Notes: a model not told the origin generated them from the letters alone. Shown: positions 49,776-59,759, counted from the stretch's first letter. The stretch: DNA of 60,685 bases from Candidatus Babeliales bacterium (GCA_016929235.1 JAFGJD010000005.1:156168-216852), one strand, 5' to 3'. Made by a program: numbers and translations.

Positions 49776-49841
49776 GGATTCTCCTTTGAAAAAGGATGAG
49801 AAGAACTTCTAGAAGATTGTAACTTATTTTATGATAAAGAC

Positions 49842-49874
49842 AAAAAATAAGACCGATTTCTCGGCCTTATTTTT
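49842..49874. terminator. Intrinsic terminator downstream of the 49888-54655 genes
   Basis: AAAAAATAAG-ACCGA-TTTC-TCGGC-CTTATTTTT hairpin flanked by A/T tracts. Confidence 0.75.
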
Positions 49875-49887
49875 GAGTACTTTTTGT

Positions 49888-50331
49888 CTATGAAACACTC
49901 TCATAATCTCGTCGATCATACCACCGACTAATCACAAGCCACTCATACCAGAATGAGTAGTGAAAATGTCCCGCGTGCGGTCTGAGATCACCTTTTTTAT
50001 AACATTTGCGCGGCAGCAAGGGACGCCACCAGACTCTTCCATCACATTTCTTATCATAACAATTTCTAGTCTTTGCTTCTCTAAATGCGTGAGCAATCGC
50101 CCATTTACGTGGTAGTAACAGCAAACCTATCAATGATCCTGCAACAGCTGCAACCAACCCTATTCTGCGTGTATTCTGTTTGGTATCTGCTACTTCATCG
50201 CTCACTAAATTGTTAGCAATCTTACTATCATGCGCACTGGTCATATCAATGCGATCATTCTCAATCTCATATGTAGCAGATGCAGCCACCACACCAAACC
50301 AAAATACAAGAATTATTCGCTTCATATCCAT
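49888..50331 (-). CDS. Hypothetical exported membrane protein
   Basis: Signal peptide plus TM; IAHAFREAKTRNCYDKKC resembles IARLYTDMRKNCYYESVC in 48689-49273. Confidence 0.65.
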   Translation of the reverse strand: MDMKRIILVFWFGVVAASATYEIENDRIDMTSAHDSKIANNLVSDEVADTKQNTRRIGLVAAVAGSLIGLLLLPRKWAIAHAFREAKTRNCYDKKCDGRVWWRPLLPRKCYKKGDLRPHAGHFHYSFWYEWLVISRWYDRRDYESVS

Positions 50332-50352
50332 CCTTAGCGCTGCGCTTTACCA

Positions 50353-51297
50353 TTATTGCTCAGTTAAACGAACACGAATCAATTCGCGGTTCAATACTTT
50401 AAAGAATTCATCAATCAACTCGTGGGCATCTCCATCACATCTGCCATTTAGTGTATCTTCGAGTGCCGTGATAAACGCAGGTACATGCTGCTTAACCAAA
50501 AACTTGTTGATGCGACACAACTCTAGGGCATTATCACCCTGACGTTTTAACTCACGTGAACGGAATGATAAAAATGCAGATATCTTTTCTACGTCATGGA
50601 CCACAGTCTTGATAGTATTGGTGATCGCATCAACCAAATACTCACGATCTATAGGCGCAATAAAACTTTCTCCAAGATACCTTGAATAGTCGCCTAATAG
50701 ACGTTCAGCCTCGTCAAGAGTGGTTTCGTGCTTAAGGAATAGCTCAATGCTTTCGTAAACGGCTTCACCATCAAACAACTGTTCCATCCAGCGGTGTAAA
50801 CGTGCCGAATAGATCATGGCAGCAACACCAAGTCCACCATAGGTAACCACGGTTGCTGTATTTGTTGCATAAGCCATGCCAGCATTAACCAAACGTTGGC
50901 CAAAACTCCATGGCTCGACATGGGCAAGATGCTCATTCATTCTTTGCACGTCGCCCCGCAATTCCTGCACCTGCGTCGCCAATACGAGATCTTGCAAACC
51001 GACAACGCGAACTACTCCTTCAGGCCCTATAACTGACTCTTGCTGTTGTTCAGCCGGTCGCACCCAACCTTTGACTGTTCTGTATACTCCTGGAACGGTC
51101 ATATAGATCAATGCACCTAGAACACCCGCATTGACGACACGACCAATCCAAAGTCCCTTGCTGTGTGCGCTCTCAATATGAGCACGTTCTTCTTTGATGC
51201 GTGCGACGCTTGGACGAGCAAAATGGAGTTCATTGCCGCACGCACCAAATGATTGGAGTACTATACATACAACCAATAGCTTTCTGAACAATTGCAT
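50353..51297 (-). CDS. Hypothetical exported membrane protein (probable paralog of 53648-54655)
   Basis: Signal peptide, two hydrophobic segments and a helical C-terminal domain. Confidence 0.7.
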   Translation of the reverse strand: MQLFRKLLVVCIVLQSFGACGNELHFARPSVARIKEERAHIESAHSKGLWIGRVVNAGVLGALIYMTVPGVYRTVKGWVRPAEQQQESVIGPEGVVRVVGLQDLVLATQVQELRGDVQRMNEHLAHVEPWSFGQRLVNAGMAYATNTATVVTYGGLGVAAMIYSARLHRWMEQLFDGEAVYESIELFLKHETTLDEAERLLGDYSRYLGESFIAPIDREYLVDAITNTIKTVVHDVEKISAFLSFRSRELKRQGDNALELCRINKFLVKQHVPAFITALEDTLNGRCDGDAHELIDEFFKVLNRELIRVRLTEQ

Positions 51298-51315
51298 ATC
51301 GAATAACCTTTCCGT

Positions 51316-53622
51316 TTACTGTACACCAATAAGTCCTTGCTCCTTGAGAATATCGGGAGCAATGTTATGGCGCGTCCACCCTGGTTCAAGAACATAGTGT
51401 CGCTCTAGTGAACCATCTGCATGTTTGGTAATTTCCACCTTATAATTTCTATACGATCCTTGCCCTTCAGATTCCAATGCAATCATGCCAGAATAGTGCG
51501 TTGCATGAATACACATACTCGATGGTAATTTACCAAGCTGCTGTGCATACCAATGTGAAAGCTCTTCAGCTTGATCAGGAGCTGTACCCCTGAACATTTC
51601 ATCGATAATACAGAAGGTAAATGCTTCGCGTGGCATCGACATAATTGCATGCAAAAGAATTTTTGCGCGATTTACTTCGGCAGCAAACAATGATAATCCA
51701 CGTTGTACATCATCAGACACATCCATATACGTAATGATTGTGCTGAATGGAGTTAACACTGCACGACGTGCCGGTGCTATACCAAGCGACTGTGCCATGA
51801 CTAATGCTAGCGCAGTTGCCTTGCTGATGGTTGATTTGCCACCTGTGTTAGGACCCGTAAGTATTACGTTGCGTGCTGCATCAGAGCCGCCCATGGTAAT
51901 GGTATTGGGAACAACTGTCTGTGCATTTACCAATGGACTCCAGAATTCTTCCAAATGAAGGTATGGCGTTGATGCATCGACAAACTCAGGGAAACAATAC
52001 GTTACACGTTCTGCTTCAAATTCTTTGACTAAACGAGCAGCAGACAAGTACGCGTCAAGCTTACCTAACGCCTGAAAGATCTTGACCCAGAAATAACGGG
52101 TTTCAAACATCAGACGGTTTGCAGCAAAGATACGTCCTGAGTTAGAGAAGAATGAACTTTCACCTTTAAATGTCCCGGTCTTAAGAAGCGAAACGAGTTC
52201 GCGGACATCTTCAGAAATTTTGTATTTTTTGTGATCGGCATTTGTATCTTTTTTGAGTGCAAATAAACGCATAATTAACTGTGTCTCAGGAACAGCACGA
52301 ACAATACCAGGCTGATCTTCCAATAGATCTGCAACGACTTCCATCTCATCAAGCGTACGTGCAAGCGTCATAAGATCTTCTTGTAAGCCCTTTTGGGTTG
52401 CAACGGTAGCTCTCCAGTTTTTAAAGAAGTTACCAATCGTCTTTGGGGTATCTTTGATATATTCGGTACCCTTACGCAAGCCTTCTACTTTCCTATGCAA
52501 CCAGATGGCACCAAAAAGGATACCTATGCCGCCTACGGCCGAAGTAGCCACAGCTCCAGGAAGATGAGCGCCCGCAAACTGAGCTATTGATCCAGGAACT
52601 AGGGCAGAAATATTACCAGGAGCCGCCCGTAGAGCTGCCAATCCAGAAACAAAACCTGCCGCTCCATAGCGCATCTGTTGTAGCGGCGAAGTCACAAGAC
52701 GTCGAGCCGCAGATCTACCCGCTCCCAACCCCTGACCAAGAGCTTTCCATGCCGGCCACGCAAAGGTCAGCCACGCAATCGTACTAAAAGGACTATTTAT
52801 ATTGTCCCACACATTAATCGCAAACAACGCGCCAGGACTCTTGTCTAAACGATCCGTTGCAGGCTTTGCTGCATGATAGAGCACTTCACCAAGTCCGGGA
52901 ATCTCACGATATGATTCTATTGTGGAACTTGTATAAAATTGACTTGCCATTTGTTGGCGTCCATAACGCGCATCTAAAAAGAATGGTAAGAAAGAATCTT
53001 CAGCAACTTTGACACTGTCCATAGTATGATCAAGCGCATCAAACAACGCCTGGTCATGGACAAGTTGCTTTACAACATTTTGACGTTTTTGAAGAACATC
53101 GATGGTATCACGAGATTCAACCAACATCCCTGCCAATGCGACCTCACCAAAGATAGACTTGGTTCTGTTAATTGCTTTAAAAAGATTACCTTTAACAAAG
53201 GTCTCAAGATCTGCACGGGTATCATCACCAACAATACGCCGCGTCCGACCGAGAGCTTGCTTCACATTTTTTTGCTCAGCTTCCCAGAAAAGCTGTAACA
53301 CTGTTGCTGTTTTTTGAGCATGCCCCAACTTGGGTTTCATTAAGGCTTTATAGTTGCCGGTTTCTGCCAAAAATTCTTGTTCCTTGAAGTTAGGTTGAAA
53401 CGCTTCAGCTGGAAGCATTTCATAGGCAAGAACCTCATATACAGAAGGCAATTTGGTTGGTGCTAATTCTTGAGCAAGAGCCTCATTTGATTCAAGCTCA
53501 AGATCACTGATACTCGCAATATCTGCAGCGGTTATAGCACTGTCCTGTGCAAGAGCAACCGGCATTTGCAATAGCATAATCCATACAAGAAACAAACTAG
53601 CTAGACGTTTGAACGTATTCAT
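51316..53622 (-). CDS. MutS-related ATPase (domain III/V) with signal peptide and internal hydrophobic segments
   Basis: Signal peptide ending VALA; NRTKSIFGE...KRQ; GPNTGGKST, SLFAAE, IIDEMFRGT and ATHY; no mismatch-binding domain I. Confidence 0.88.
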   Translation of the reverse strand: MNTFKRLASLFLVWIMLLQMPVALAQDSAITAADIASISDLELESNEALAQELAPTKLPSVYEVLAYEMLPAEAFQPNFKEQEFLAETGNYKALMKPKLGHAQKTATVLQLFWEAEQKNVKQALGRTRRIVGDDTRADLETFVKGNLFKAINRTKSIFGEVALAGMLVESRDTIDVLQKRQNVVKQLVHDQALFDALDHTMDSVKVAEDSFLPFFLDARYGRQQMASQFYTSSTIESYREIPGLGEVLYHAAKPATDRLDKSPGALFAINVWDNINSPFSTIAWLTFAWPAWKALGQGLGAGRSAARRLVTSPLQQMRYGAAGFVSGLAALRAAPGNISALVPGSIAQFAGAHLPGAVATSAVGGIGILFGAIWLHRKVEGLRKGTEYIKDTPKTIGNFFKNWRATVATQKGLQEDLMTLARTLDEMEVVADLLEDQPGIVRAVPETQLIMRLFALKKDTNADHKKYKISEDVRELVSLLKTGTFKGESSFFSNSGRIFAANRLMFETRYFWVKIFQALGKLDAYLSAARLVKEFEAERVTYCFPEFVDASTPYLHLEEFWSPLVNAQTVVPNTITMGGSDAARNVILTGPNTGGKSTISKATALALVMAQSLGIAPARRAVLTPFSTIITYMDVSDDVQRGLSLFAAEVNRAKILLHAIMSMPREAFTFCIIDEMFRGTAPDQAEELSHWYAQQLGKLPSSMCIHATHYSGMIALESEGQGSYRNYKVEITKHADGSLERHYVLEPGWTRHNIAPDILKEQGLIGVQ

Positions 53623-53647
53623 AATTGTCCGTCCTCATCAATTCTTA

Positions 53648-54655
53648 CTAAACCATTTTTTTGAAGAATGCATCCGACTCCCGTGCAATCGTAGCAACGA
53701 TTCTGTGGACTTCATTCATATCGATTGATCCATTATCAGCTTGAGCAAGAACCTTATTTAATTTCGGATACATACCATAGGCAATATAACGGTAAAAACA
53801 GTTATATTTTGGTTGTTTCACCATATCAGAATTTTTACCAATCGTATATTGGACAAAGCCTATAGAAGCCTCAAGCGCCTTGGTTGCCTTATTGATTTTG
53901 TCAATAAGCGTGTCAAATACCATAGGCGTAATTTCGCCAACTTCCATTAGGTCTTCAACATAGGCTTCAAGATCATCAAGAGCCTTTTTCGACTTCCTCA
54001 AGACAGACTCAGGATAAGCAATATCAGAGGCCCAGTTCTTAACATTTTTTGCAACCACATCTAAGCCAGATGCATATAAAGCAAATCCGGAAATTCCCGA
54101 CCAAAATAATTTCTGGGATGCCTTCATAAGGTTATTGGTCCAGGCAGTAGATGCACCTAAATGGTTCAAAAACGATGCTGGTCCAATCCATTTAATCGGC
54201 CCATGCTGAGATAAAGCACCTATGGCCGCAGCACCCACTGGTTGCGCTTGCAGCTGATTCCCTAACCATGGTTCGTGTCCAAAGTATCCTGGAAGATGGT
54301 GCCCATATGCGGCATAGACAAGCGCCGCAGCGCCGACAACCGTTACGGTACTACCAGTATAATACAACCAGGTCTTGTTACGTGCAGACGTAACCCCAGC
54401 CTGTACACCAGAGTGCATTAAGGGATTAATAACCCGTTTATGATTTATATTTTCCTGGTAGTCAAACTGATAAGCGCAGCTATCAGATACCTTAACCTTC
54501 GATACCTGACCAGAACTACCCTGAACCTCAGCTACACCCTGTCCTGCTACAGATGCGATGACAGAGACTGGACTCCAAGCCATCAAGAATATGAGGAGAA
54601 GCATTGAATATCTGTGTTTCATTATCATTACCTCCATTTCATGCTCTATATCCAT
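53648..54655 (-). CDS. Hypothetical exported membrane protein (likely start ~54622-54628)
   Basis: GGAGGT RBS before the internal ATGs; signal peptide; hydrophobic segments; helical C-terminal domain. Confidence 0.7.
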   Translation of the reverse strand: MDIEHEMEVMIMKHRYSMLLLIFLMAWSPVSVIASVAGQGVAEVQGSSGQVSKVKVSDSCAYQFDYQENINHKRVINPLMHSGVQAGVTSARNKTWLYYTGSTVTVVGAAALVYAAYGHHLPGYFGHEPWLGNQLQAQPVGAAAIGALSQHGPIKWIGPASFLNHLGASTAWTNNLMKASQKLFWSGISGFALYASGLDVVAKNVKNWASDIAYPESVLRKSKKALDDLEAYVEDLMEVGEITPMVFDTLIDKINKATKALEASIGFVQYTIGKNSDMVKQPKYNCFYRYIAYGMYPKLNKVLAQADNGSIDMNEVHRIVATIARESDAFFKKMV

Positions 54656-54745
54656 TCATTGATCAGTTTATCAAGCCCACATATGTCGTCAAAGGCATGC
54701 CTCAATTATGCCCTGTTGTAAGGCATTTCTCCCGAGTCATAAGTA

Positions 54746-54774
54746 TTGACAATAGGTAGGCATAAGCTTACGTT
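54746..54774 (+). promoter_or_regulatory. Putative sigma70 promoter for the 54810 gene
   Basis: TTGACA-17 nt-TACGTT. Confidence 0.45.
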
Positions 54775-54809
54775 ACTTCAATCTCCTGTATTCAGAAGAA
54801 AGGACCGCT

Positions 54810-55742
54810 ATGAATCTCCATATACGTCACCTACTCCTGATTTGCTCACTTCTTGTAGCATTCACAGGCACCACCTCTTGCGTACTTCATAGACGACAAC
54901 CACAAGAGCTTCGCCATTTTCACACGGCTTTCCAGGCGGCTATCACTGTTACTGCCGTCATTCTCATTAGTGCCCCTGTCTGGTACCGGATAGGACGCTG
55001 GATCAGGTTCCAGCTTAAAAGTACTGATACCCTCTTGCAAGAAGCCAACGAGCTACTCTCGCACTATCATTATAGGTATGAAAAAATGTTCAATCTTCTG
55101 GGAACTACGCTCGATACTACCCAACAGTCAGCAGCATTCAAACAGGCCGTTCTGGACGCCCATGCCCGCTATGAAGAACAAGAACATGATACACTGATGG
55201 AATTTCTCAGATCATTCGATTGGTGCTCTGCATATGGCAGCGTAACCAAATACCCATTCTTGCACTACGAAAATAGGCTCAAAAATGCCATGGGCTGGCT
55301 TTTATGGTACCAGCATCGCCTAACATCAAAAACAGAAGCCCAGATTTGCAACCGACGTAATATTCATCAAGTGCAAGAGCTCCTCAGCGATACTATCGGC
55401 CGCATGAGAGCCTCGCTCTCCCAACTACGAACGTCATATGAATATCTACAAGAAAAGAACCAAAAAGAACAGGATGAGCGTATCAAGCAGATCCAAGCGA
55501 GCCAAGCTGCCCAGCTTGCCCAACAACAACAGATCATTAACCAACTCCAACAGCAGCAACAACAAGCTCAATACCAAGCCCAGCTACCACCACAACCAAC
55601 AGCTCCACTTATGGAAGAAGACAATTCTCTGTACTATGTACCTGCATATGAGCCTCCGCCTGCCTACGATCGCGAAATCCCACCCCCGGCATATGATGGT
55701 CCTCCCGCATATAGCGTAGAAGATCCAAATAAGAGAAATTAA
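54810..55742 (+). CDS. Exported/membrane protein with Gln-rich coiled coil and C-terminal PPxY motifs
   Basis: AAGGA RBS; signal peptide, TM, poly-Q region and EPPPAYDREIPPPAYDGPPAY. Confidence 0.8.
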   Translation: MNLHIRHLLLICSLLVAFTGTTSCVLHRRQPQELRHFHTAFQAAITVTAVILISAPVWYRIGRWIRFQLKSTDTLLQEANELLSHYHYRYEKMFNLLGTTLDTTQQSAAFKQAVLDAHARYEEQEHDTLMEFLRSFDWCSAYGSVTKYPFLHYENRLKNAMGWLLWYQHRLTSKTEAQICNRRNIHQVQELLSDTIGRMRASLSQLRTSYEYLQEKNQKEQDERIKQIQASQAAQLAQQQQIINQLQQQQQQAQYQAQLPPQPTAPLMEEDNSLYYVPAYEPPPAYDREIPPPAYDGPPAYSVEDPNKRN

Positions 55743-58372
55743 CTAAGAACTGCCTTGAGATAAAGACCCGTGTGACTATGTGCAGAGAGAGCTACCTTAG
55801 TTGGTGAACCTTCCGCGACTACCATGCCGCCCTTGTCGCCACCTTCTGGGCCAAGATCGATTAGGTAATCAACAGTCTTGAGTACGTCGAGATTGTGCTC
55901 AATGATAATCATAGAATTGCCCTTGTCGACCAGGCGCTTAAGCACCATAAGCAACTTTTCGATGTCACTGTTATGGAGCCCGGTTGTTGGTTCATCGAGA
56001 ATGTAGAGAGTTTCATTGCCACGTTTTGCAAGCTCGTCAACCAGCTTAATACGCTGCGCCTCGCCACCAGAGAGAGTCGTTGACGGTTGCCCTAGTTGGA
56101 CATAGCCAAGACCAACATCACACATGAGCTGTAATCGTTTTGCGATATGTTTATGTGCCTCAAAGAACGGTAATGCCTCCGTAGCGGTCATGGCAAGGAT
56201 ATCGGCGATATTTTTACCCTTATATGTAATCGCCAGGGTCTCAGCATTGTACCGCTTACCCCTACAAATCTTACAGGTCATAACCACATCAGGCATAAAC
56301 TGCATAGATACTTTTTTAACTCCGTCACCATCACACTCAAAGCAGCGACCCGCCTTAACGTTGAAACTAAACCGTCCTGGCTTAAACCCTCGAGCTTTAC
56401 TTTCAGGAAGCTGCGAGAACAGTGTCCTAATCTGATCAAATACCCCAAGATACGTCGCTGGATTAGAGCGAGGCGTCCTCCCGATAGGGCTCTGATCTAT
56501 CACCACCATCGCCCCCAGCATATCAGCGCCCTCAAGGTCATTGGCTGATGTATCCACTGGCGAATGATCTGCATCCCGTCGCGGCCTCATCAATTCTCTA
56601 TGAAGTCTGGCTGCGAGCTCCTCCATAATTAGAGAACTTTTTCCTGAACCAGATACGCCGGATACCCCACAGATGACCCCGAGAGGAATCGAGACATCAA
56701 TATTTTTAAGGTTATTTCGCGAACAATCTCTCATGACAAGCCATCCCTTTGGTCTACGGCGCAAACGTGGAACAGGAATCGATTTTACCCCCGCCACATA
56801 AGAACCGGTGAGAGACAATGGATGTAATGCAATCTCATCCGGAGTCCCTGCAGCAATTACCTGCCCACCATGAACTCCCGCCGCTGGTCCCATATCAATC
56901 ACATAATCAGCCTGTCTAATCGTGTCCAGATCATGCTCCACCACAAGAACCGTATTTCCTTGATCACGCAGACGCTTAAGCATCTGAATCAGGCGGTCAT
57001 TATCTCGCTGATGCAAGCCAATACTTGGTTCATCAAGGATATATAATACTCCGCTGAGAGCAGAGCCTATCTGTGTAGCAAGCCGAATTCGTTGGCCTTC
57101 GCCACCAGAAAGTGTACGTGCCGTACGATTGATACTGAGATAGCCTAGACCTACCTCCTCCAGGAAGGTAAGCCGACGAATGATCTCGCGAACTGCACCT
57201 TCGGCAATCGTTGTTTCAGTAGATGAGAGCGAAAGATCGTTGAAAAAGACAAGCGCTTGTTCAATCGACAGGTCACCAAGCTCCATGATGTCTTTACCGC
57301 CGACTGTCACTGAGAGGGCATGCTTGTTGAGACGTTTGCCCATACATCCAGGACACGTATGCTCGGTTGCATATTTATCAAGAAAATACTCTGGATACTC
57401 CATACGCCAGGCCTCGGGATCGTTCTTATCCCACGGCCATTCATGGGTCACACCAAGCCCGTTACATGTATCACAGGCCCCAACGGGCGAGTTAAATGAG
57501 AAAAATCGCGGCTCAAGCTCTGGAAACGATTGTGCACAGTTGAGACACATGCGACTTGATGAGTACAGATATTCCTGATCACCAACTGTGATTTTGCACA
57601 TACCACGAGCAATCTCAAAAGACTTTTCTACAGCCTCGTTAATGCGCCCACGCTCTAGATCTTCAACAGCAACCGAATCAATCAAAAGATCAATGGTATG
57701 TTTATATGTTTTCTCGAGCTTTAATTTCTTAATCTCATCTACAACTTTAAATTTACAAAGCATGCCGTCTACACGGAAACGATAAAATCCTTTTTGAAAA
57801 AGGTCGACAAGCTGATGTACAAATTCGCCCTTTTTAGCGTGCACTATAGGAGCTGAGATCGTGATCACTAATCCCTTAAACTGGTCCATAATCATCGATG
57901 TGATCGCATCAGGAGATTCTGGCTGGATTGGCGTTTTACATTCTGGACAACGCGGTCTCCCTACTCGTGCAAAGAGAACACGTAAATAATCATAAATTTC
58001 TGTGATCGTACCAACGGTAGAACGAGGGTTAGAACCGACTGTTTTTTGCTCGATCGCAATCGACGGACAAAGCCCTTCGATAACGTCAACATCGGGACGT
58101 CGTGCAATGCCCAAAAACTGTCGAGCATAAGACGACAGTGATTCCATGTAGCGACGCTTACCTTCGGTAAACAGAATATCAAGCGTCAGAGAGCTTTTAC
58201 CTGATCCTGATGGCCCCGTAACCACGGTCAACGTTCCTTTAGGAACTCGAACGGTAATGTTTTTGAGATTATGCTCGCGAGCACCAACAATCGTGATCCA
58301 GTCCCTGAACTGGCGTTTGGACGATACGGATGCTGAAGCTATCTCATGAGCTGCGATCTTTGTTCGTTTCAT
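55739..58372 (-). CDS. uvrA: Excinuclease ABC subunit A
   Basis: GAREHNLK, GPSGSGKSS, LSGGEGQR, GVSGSGKSS, IGRTPRSNPATY and LSGGEAQRIKL. Confidence 0.98.
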   Translation of the reverse strand: MKRTKIAAHEIASASVSSKRQFRDWITIVGAREHNLKNITVRVPKGTLTVVTGPSGSGKSSLTLDILFTEGKRRYMESLSSYARQFLGIARRPDVDVIEGLCPSIAIEQKTVGSNPRSTVGTITEIYDYLRVLFARVGRPRCPECKTPIQPESPDAITSMIMDQFKGLVITISAPIVHAKKGEFVHQLVDLFQKGFYRFRVDGMLCKFKVVDEIKKLKLEKTYKHTIDLLIDSVAVEDLERGRINEAVEKSFEIARGMCKITVGDQEYLYSSSRMCLNCAQSFPELEPRFFSFNSPVGACDTCNGLGVTHEWPWDKNDPEAWRMEYPEYFLDKYATEHTCPGCMGKRLNKHALSVTVGGKDIMELGDLSIEQALVFFNDLSLSSTETTIAEGAVREIIRRLTFLEEVGLGYLSINRTARTLSGGEGQRIRLATQIGSALSGVLYILDEPSIGLHQRDNDRLIQMLKRLRDQGNTVLVVEHDLDTIRQADYVIDMGPAAGVHGGQVIAAGTPDEIALHPLSLTGSYVAGVKSIPVPRLRRRPKGWLVMRDCSRNNLKNIDVSIPLGVICGVSGVSGSGKSSLIMEELAARLHRELMRPRRDADHSPVDTSANDLEGADMLGAMVVIDQSPIGRTPRSNPATYLGVFDQIRTLFSQLPESKARGFKPGRFSFNVKAGRCFECDGDGVKKVSMQFMPDVVMTCKICRGKRYNAETLAITYKGKNIADILAMTATEALPFFEAHKHIAKRLQLMCDVGLGYVQLGQPSTTLSGGEAQRIKLVDELAKRGNETLYILDEPTTGLHNSDIEKLLMVLKRLVDKGNSMIIIEHNLDVLKTVDYLIDLGPEGGDKGGMVVAEGSPTKVALSAHSHTGLYLKAVLS

Positions 58373-58500
58373 AGTAAGGCTAAAAATGAGAGATTAATGA
58401 CTACGAATAGTCTATCAAACAGCCCTAAAAATGCTATAGTGGATAGGAAAATGAGAAGTTGATTTTTACCCTAAAGTACGTACACTTGTCCGCATTATAT

Positions 58501-58577
58501 GGTGAATGTAGCTCAGTTGGTAGAGCACCAGATTGTGGCTCTGGTGGTCGTGGGTTCGATTCCCACCATTCACCCCA
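58501..58577 (+). tRNA. tRNA-His (GTG)
   Basis: G-1, GTGAATG acceptor, CCAGA-TT-GTG-GC-TCTGG anticodon arm, discriminator C and encoded CCA. Confidence 0.97.
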
Positions 58578-58598
58578 AATTCCTTTCGGGACCCACGC

Positions 58599-58802
58599 AT
58601 GTACAAAACAAGTCAACAGATACTCGGCGTACTGCTTATCACATGCGGCCTGATCATTGCAGGCAGCATCCTCATCAGCTCATTACATCTTTGTTTTCTC
58701 ATACTCTTGATTGGCCTCAAACTGATCCCCGCAGCGTTAGCGTTCTATGTCGGTCTGCATCTGCTCAATCAAGCATCACATACTGAATGGTATCACGATT
58801 AA
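58599..58802 (+). CDS. Small hydrophobic membrane protein (67 aa)
   Basis: The ATG lies after the tRNA; 2-3 hydrophobic helices. Confidence 0.6.
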   Translation: MYKTSQQILGVLLITCGLIIAGSILISSLHLCFLILLIGLKLIPAALAFYVGLHLLNQASHTEWYHD

Positions 58803-58818
58803 TCAAAGGAGATGTTGC

Positions 58819-59031
58819 ATGAATCACGATAGCCTTGGTAAGTATTTCTTTGGATCGGCATTCATCCTTGTCGGCTTGGCCATGACCGCCAATGCGTTCT
58901 TGGGTACACAGATCGACATCTGGCCCCTGATCCGCACGTATATTGTACCCTTGTTTTTGATCTTCCTTGGCGTGCTCATGATCACAGGAAAATCGCATCA
59001 TCATGGTAACCGTCATTGTGATCCTAAGTAA
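58819..59031 (+). CDS. Small two-TM protein, LiaI/LiaF-TM-like
   Basis: AAGGAG RBS; FFGSAFILVG...WP...PLFLIFLGV pattern; His-rich tail. Confidence 0.6.
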   Translation: MNHDSLGKYFFGSAFILVGLAMTANAFLGTQIDIWPLIRTYIVPLFLIFLGVLMITGKSHHHGNRHCDPK

Positions 59032-59044
59032 CCAAATGTCGATA

Positions 59045-59073
59045 TTGCATTCGTCCAGCAAAACCGTTACAGT
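59045..59073 (+). promoter_or_regulatory. Putative sigma70 promoter for tRNA-Pro
   Basis: TTGCAT-17 nt-TACAGT. Confidence 0.4.
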
Positions 59074-59097
59074 ATGCAGTATCAATCACAGATTTGT

Positions 59098-59173
59098 CGG
59101 GGCGTGGCGCAATTGGTAGCGCACTCGCTTTGGGAGCGAGGGGTTGCCAGTTCGAGTCTGGCCGCCCCGACCA
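59098..59173 (+). tRNA. tRNA-Pro (TGG)
   Basis: CGGGGCG acceptor, CTCGC-TT-TGG-GA-GCGAG anticodon arm, TTCGAG T-loop and encoded CCA. Confidence 0.97.
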
Positions 59174-59270
59174 GTAGATTCCTCCTCCCTCTTTCCATCA
59201 AACCCTACACTCACTCTCTCCTTTTGTGCTAGACAATTACTATTGTATGCATGTAACAAAGGAGACACAT

Positions 59271-59750
59271 ATGACACCTCGTAATATCTGGCGCCTTATC
59301 ATTGCCTTGATACTCTGCCATGGCGCAGGCATCATGGGCGTACTGTTCACCAACCAACAAAGCACCTGGTATAACCTATTAAAAAAACCATCATTTACTC
59401 CGCCAAGCTGGATTTTTGGACCTGTCTGGTCCATTTTATATACCTGCATGGCCGTCGCACTATATATCATATGGAACGTCGGCTTTGACTCACCGGAGGG
59501 CAGATATGCTTTGATCGCATTTGGCATCCAACTTGCTGCAAACACTGTGTGGTCGTTTCTGTTTTTCAAATTTCATCTGATCTTTGTGGCACTACTTGAT
59601 TGTATCGTTTTATTCGTAGCCATCATCATAACAATGAACGCATTCGCTCAAATTGAACCAGTTGCCGCATACTTTTTGATTCCCTATTTCGTATGGGTCG
59701 GATTCGCGTGTGTCTTAAATATGGGATTATGGTTACTCAATAAAAAGTAA
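59271..59750 (+). CDS. tspO: TspO/MBR tryptophan-rich sensory protein
   Basis: WYNLLKKPSFTPPSWIFGPVWSILY, QLAANTVWSFLFF and LIPYFVWVGFA; AAGGAG RBS. Confidence 0.95.
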   Translation: MTPRNIWRLIIALILCHGAGIMGVLFTNQQSTWYNLLKKPSFTPPSWIFGPVWSILYTCMAVALYIIWNVGFDSPEGRYALIAFGIQLAANTVWSFLFFKFHLIFVALLDCIVLFVAIIITMNAFAQIEPVAAYFLIPYFVWVGFACVLNMGLWLLNKK

Positions 59751-59759
59751 GGTGGCTCT

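Noticed and set aside
58434..58786. Several ORFs overlapping tRNA-His (and 59086-59277 over tRNA-Pro)
   Set aside because: tRNA shadows; the plausible CDS starts at 58599.
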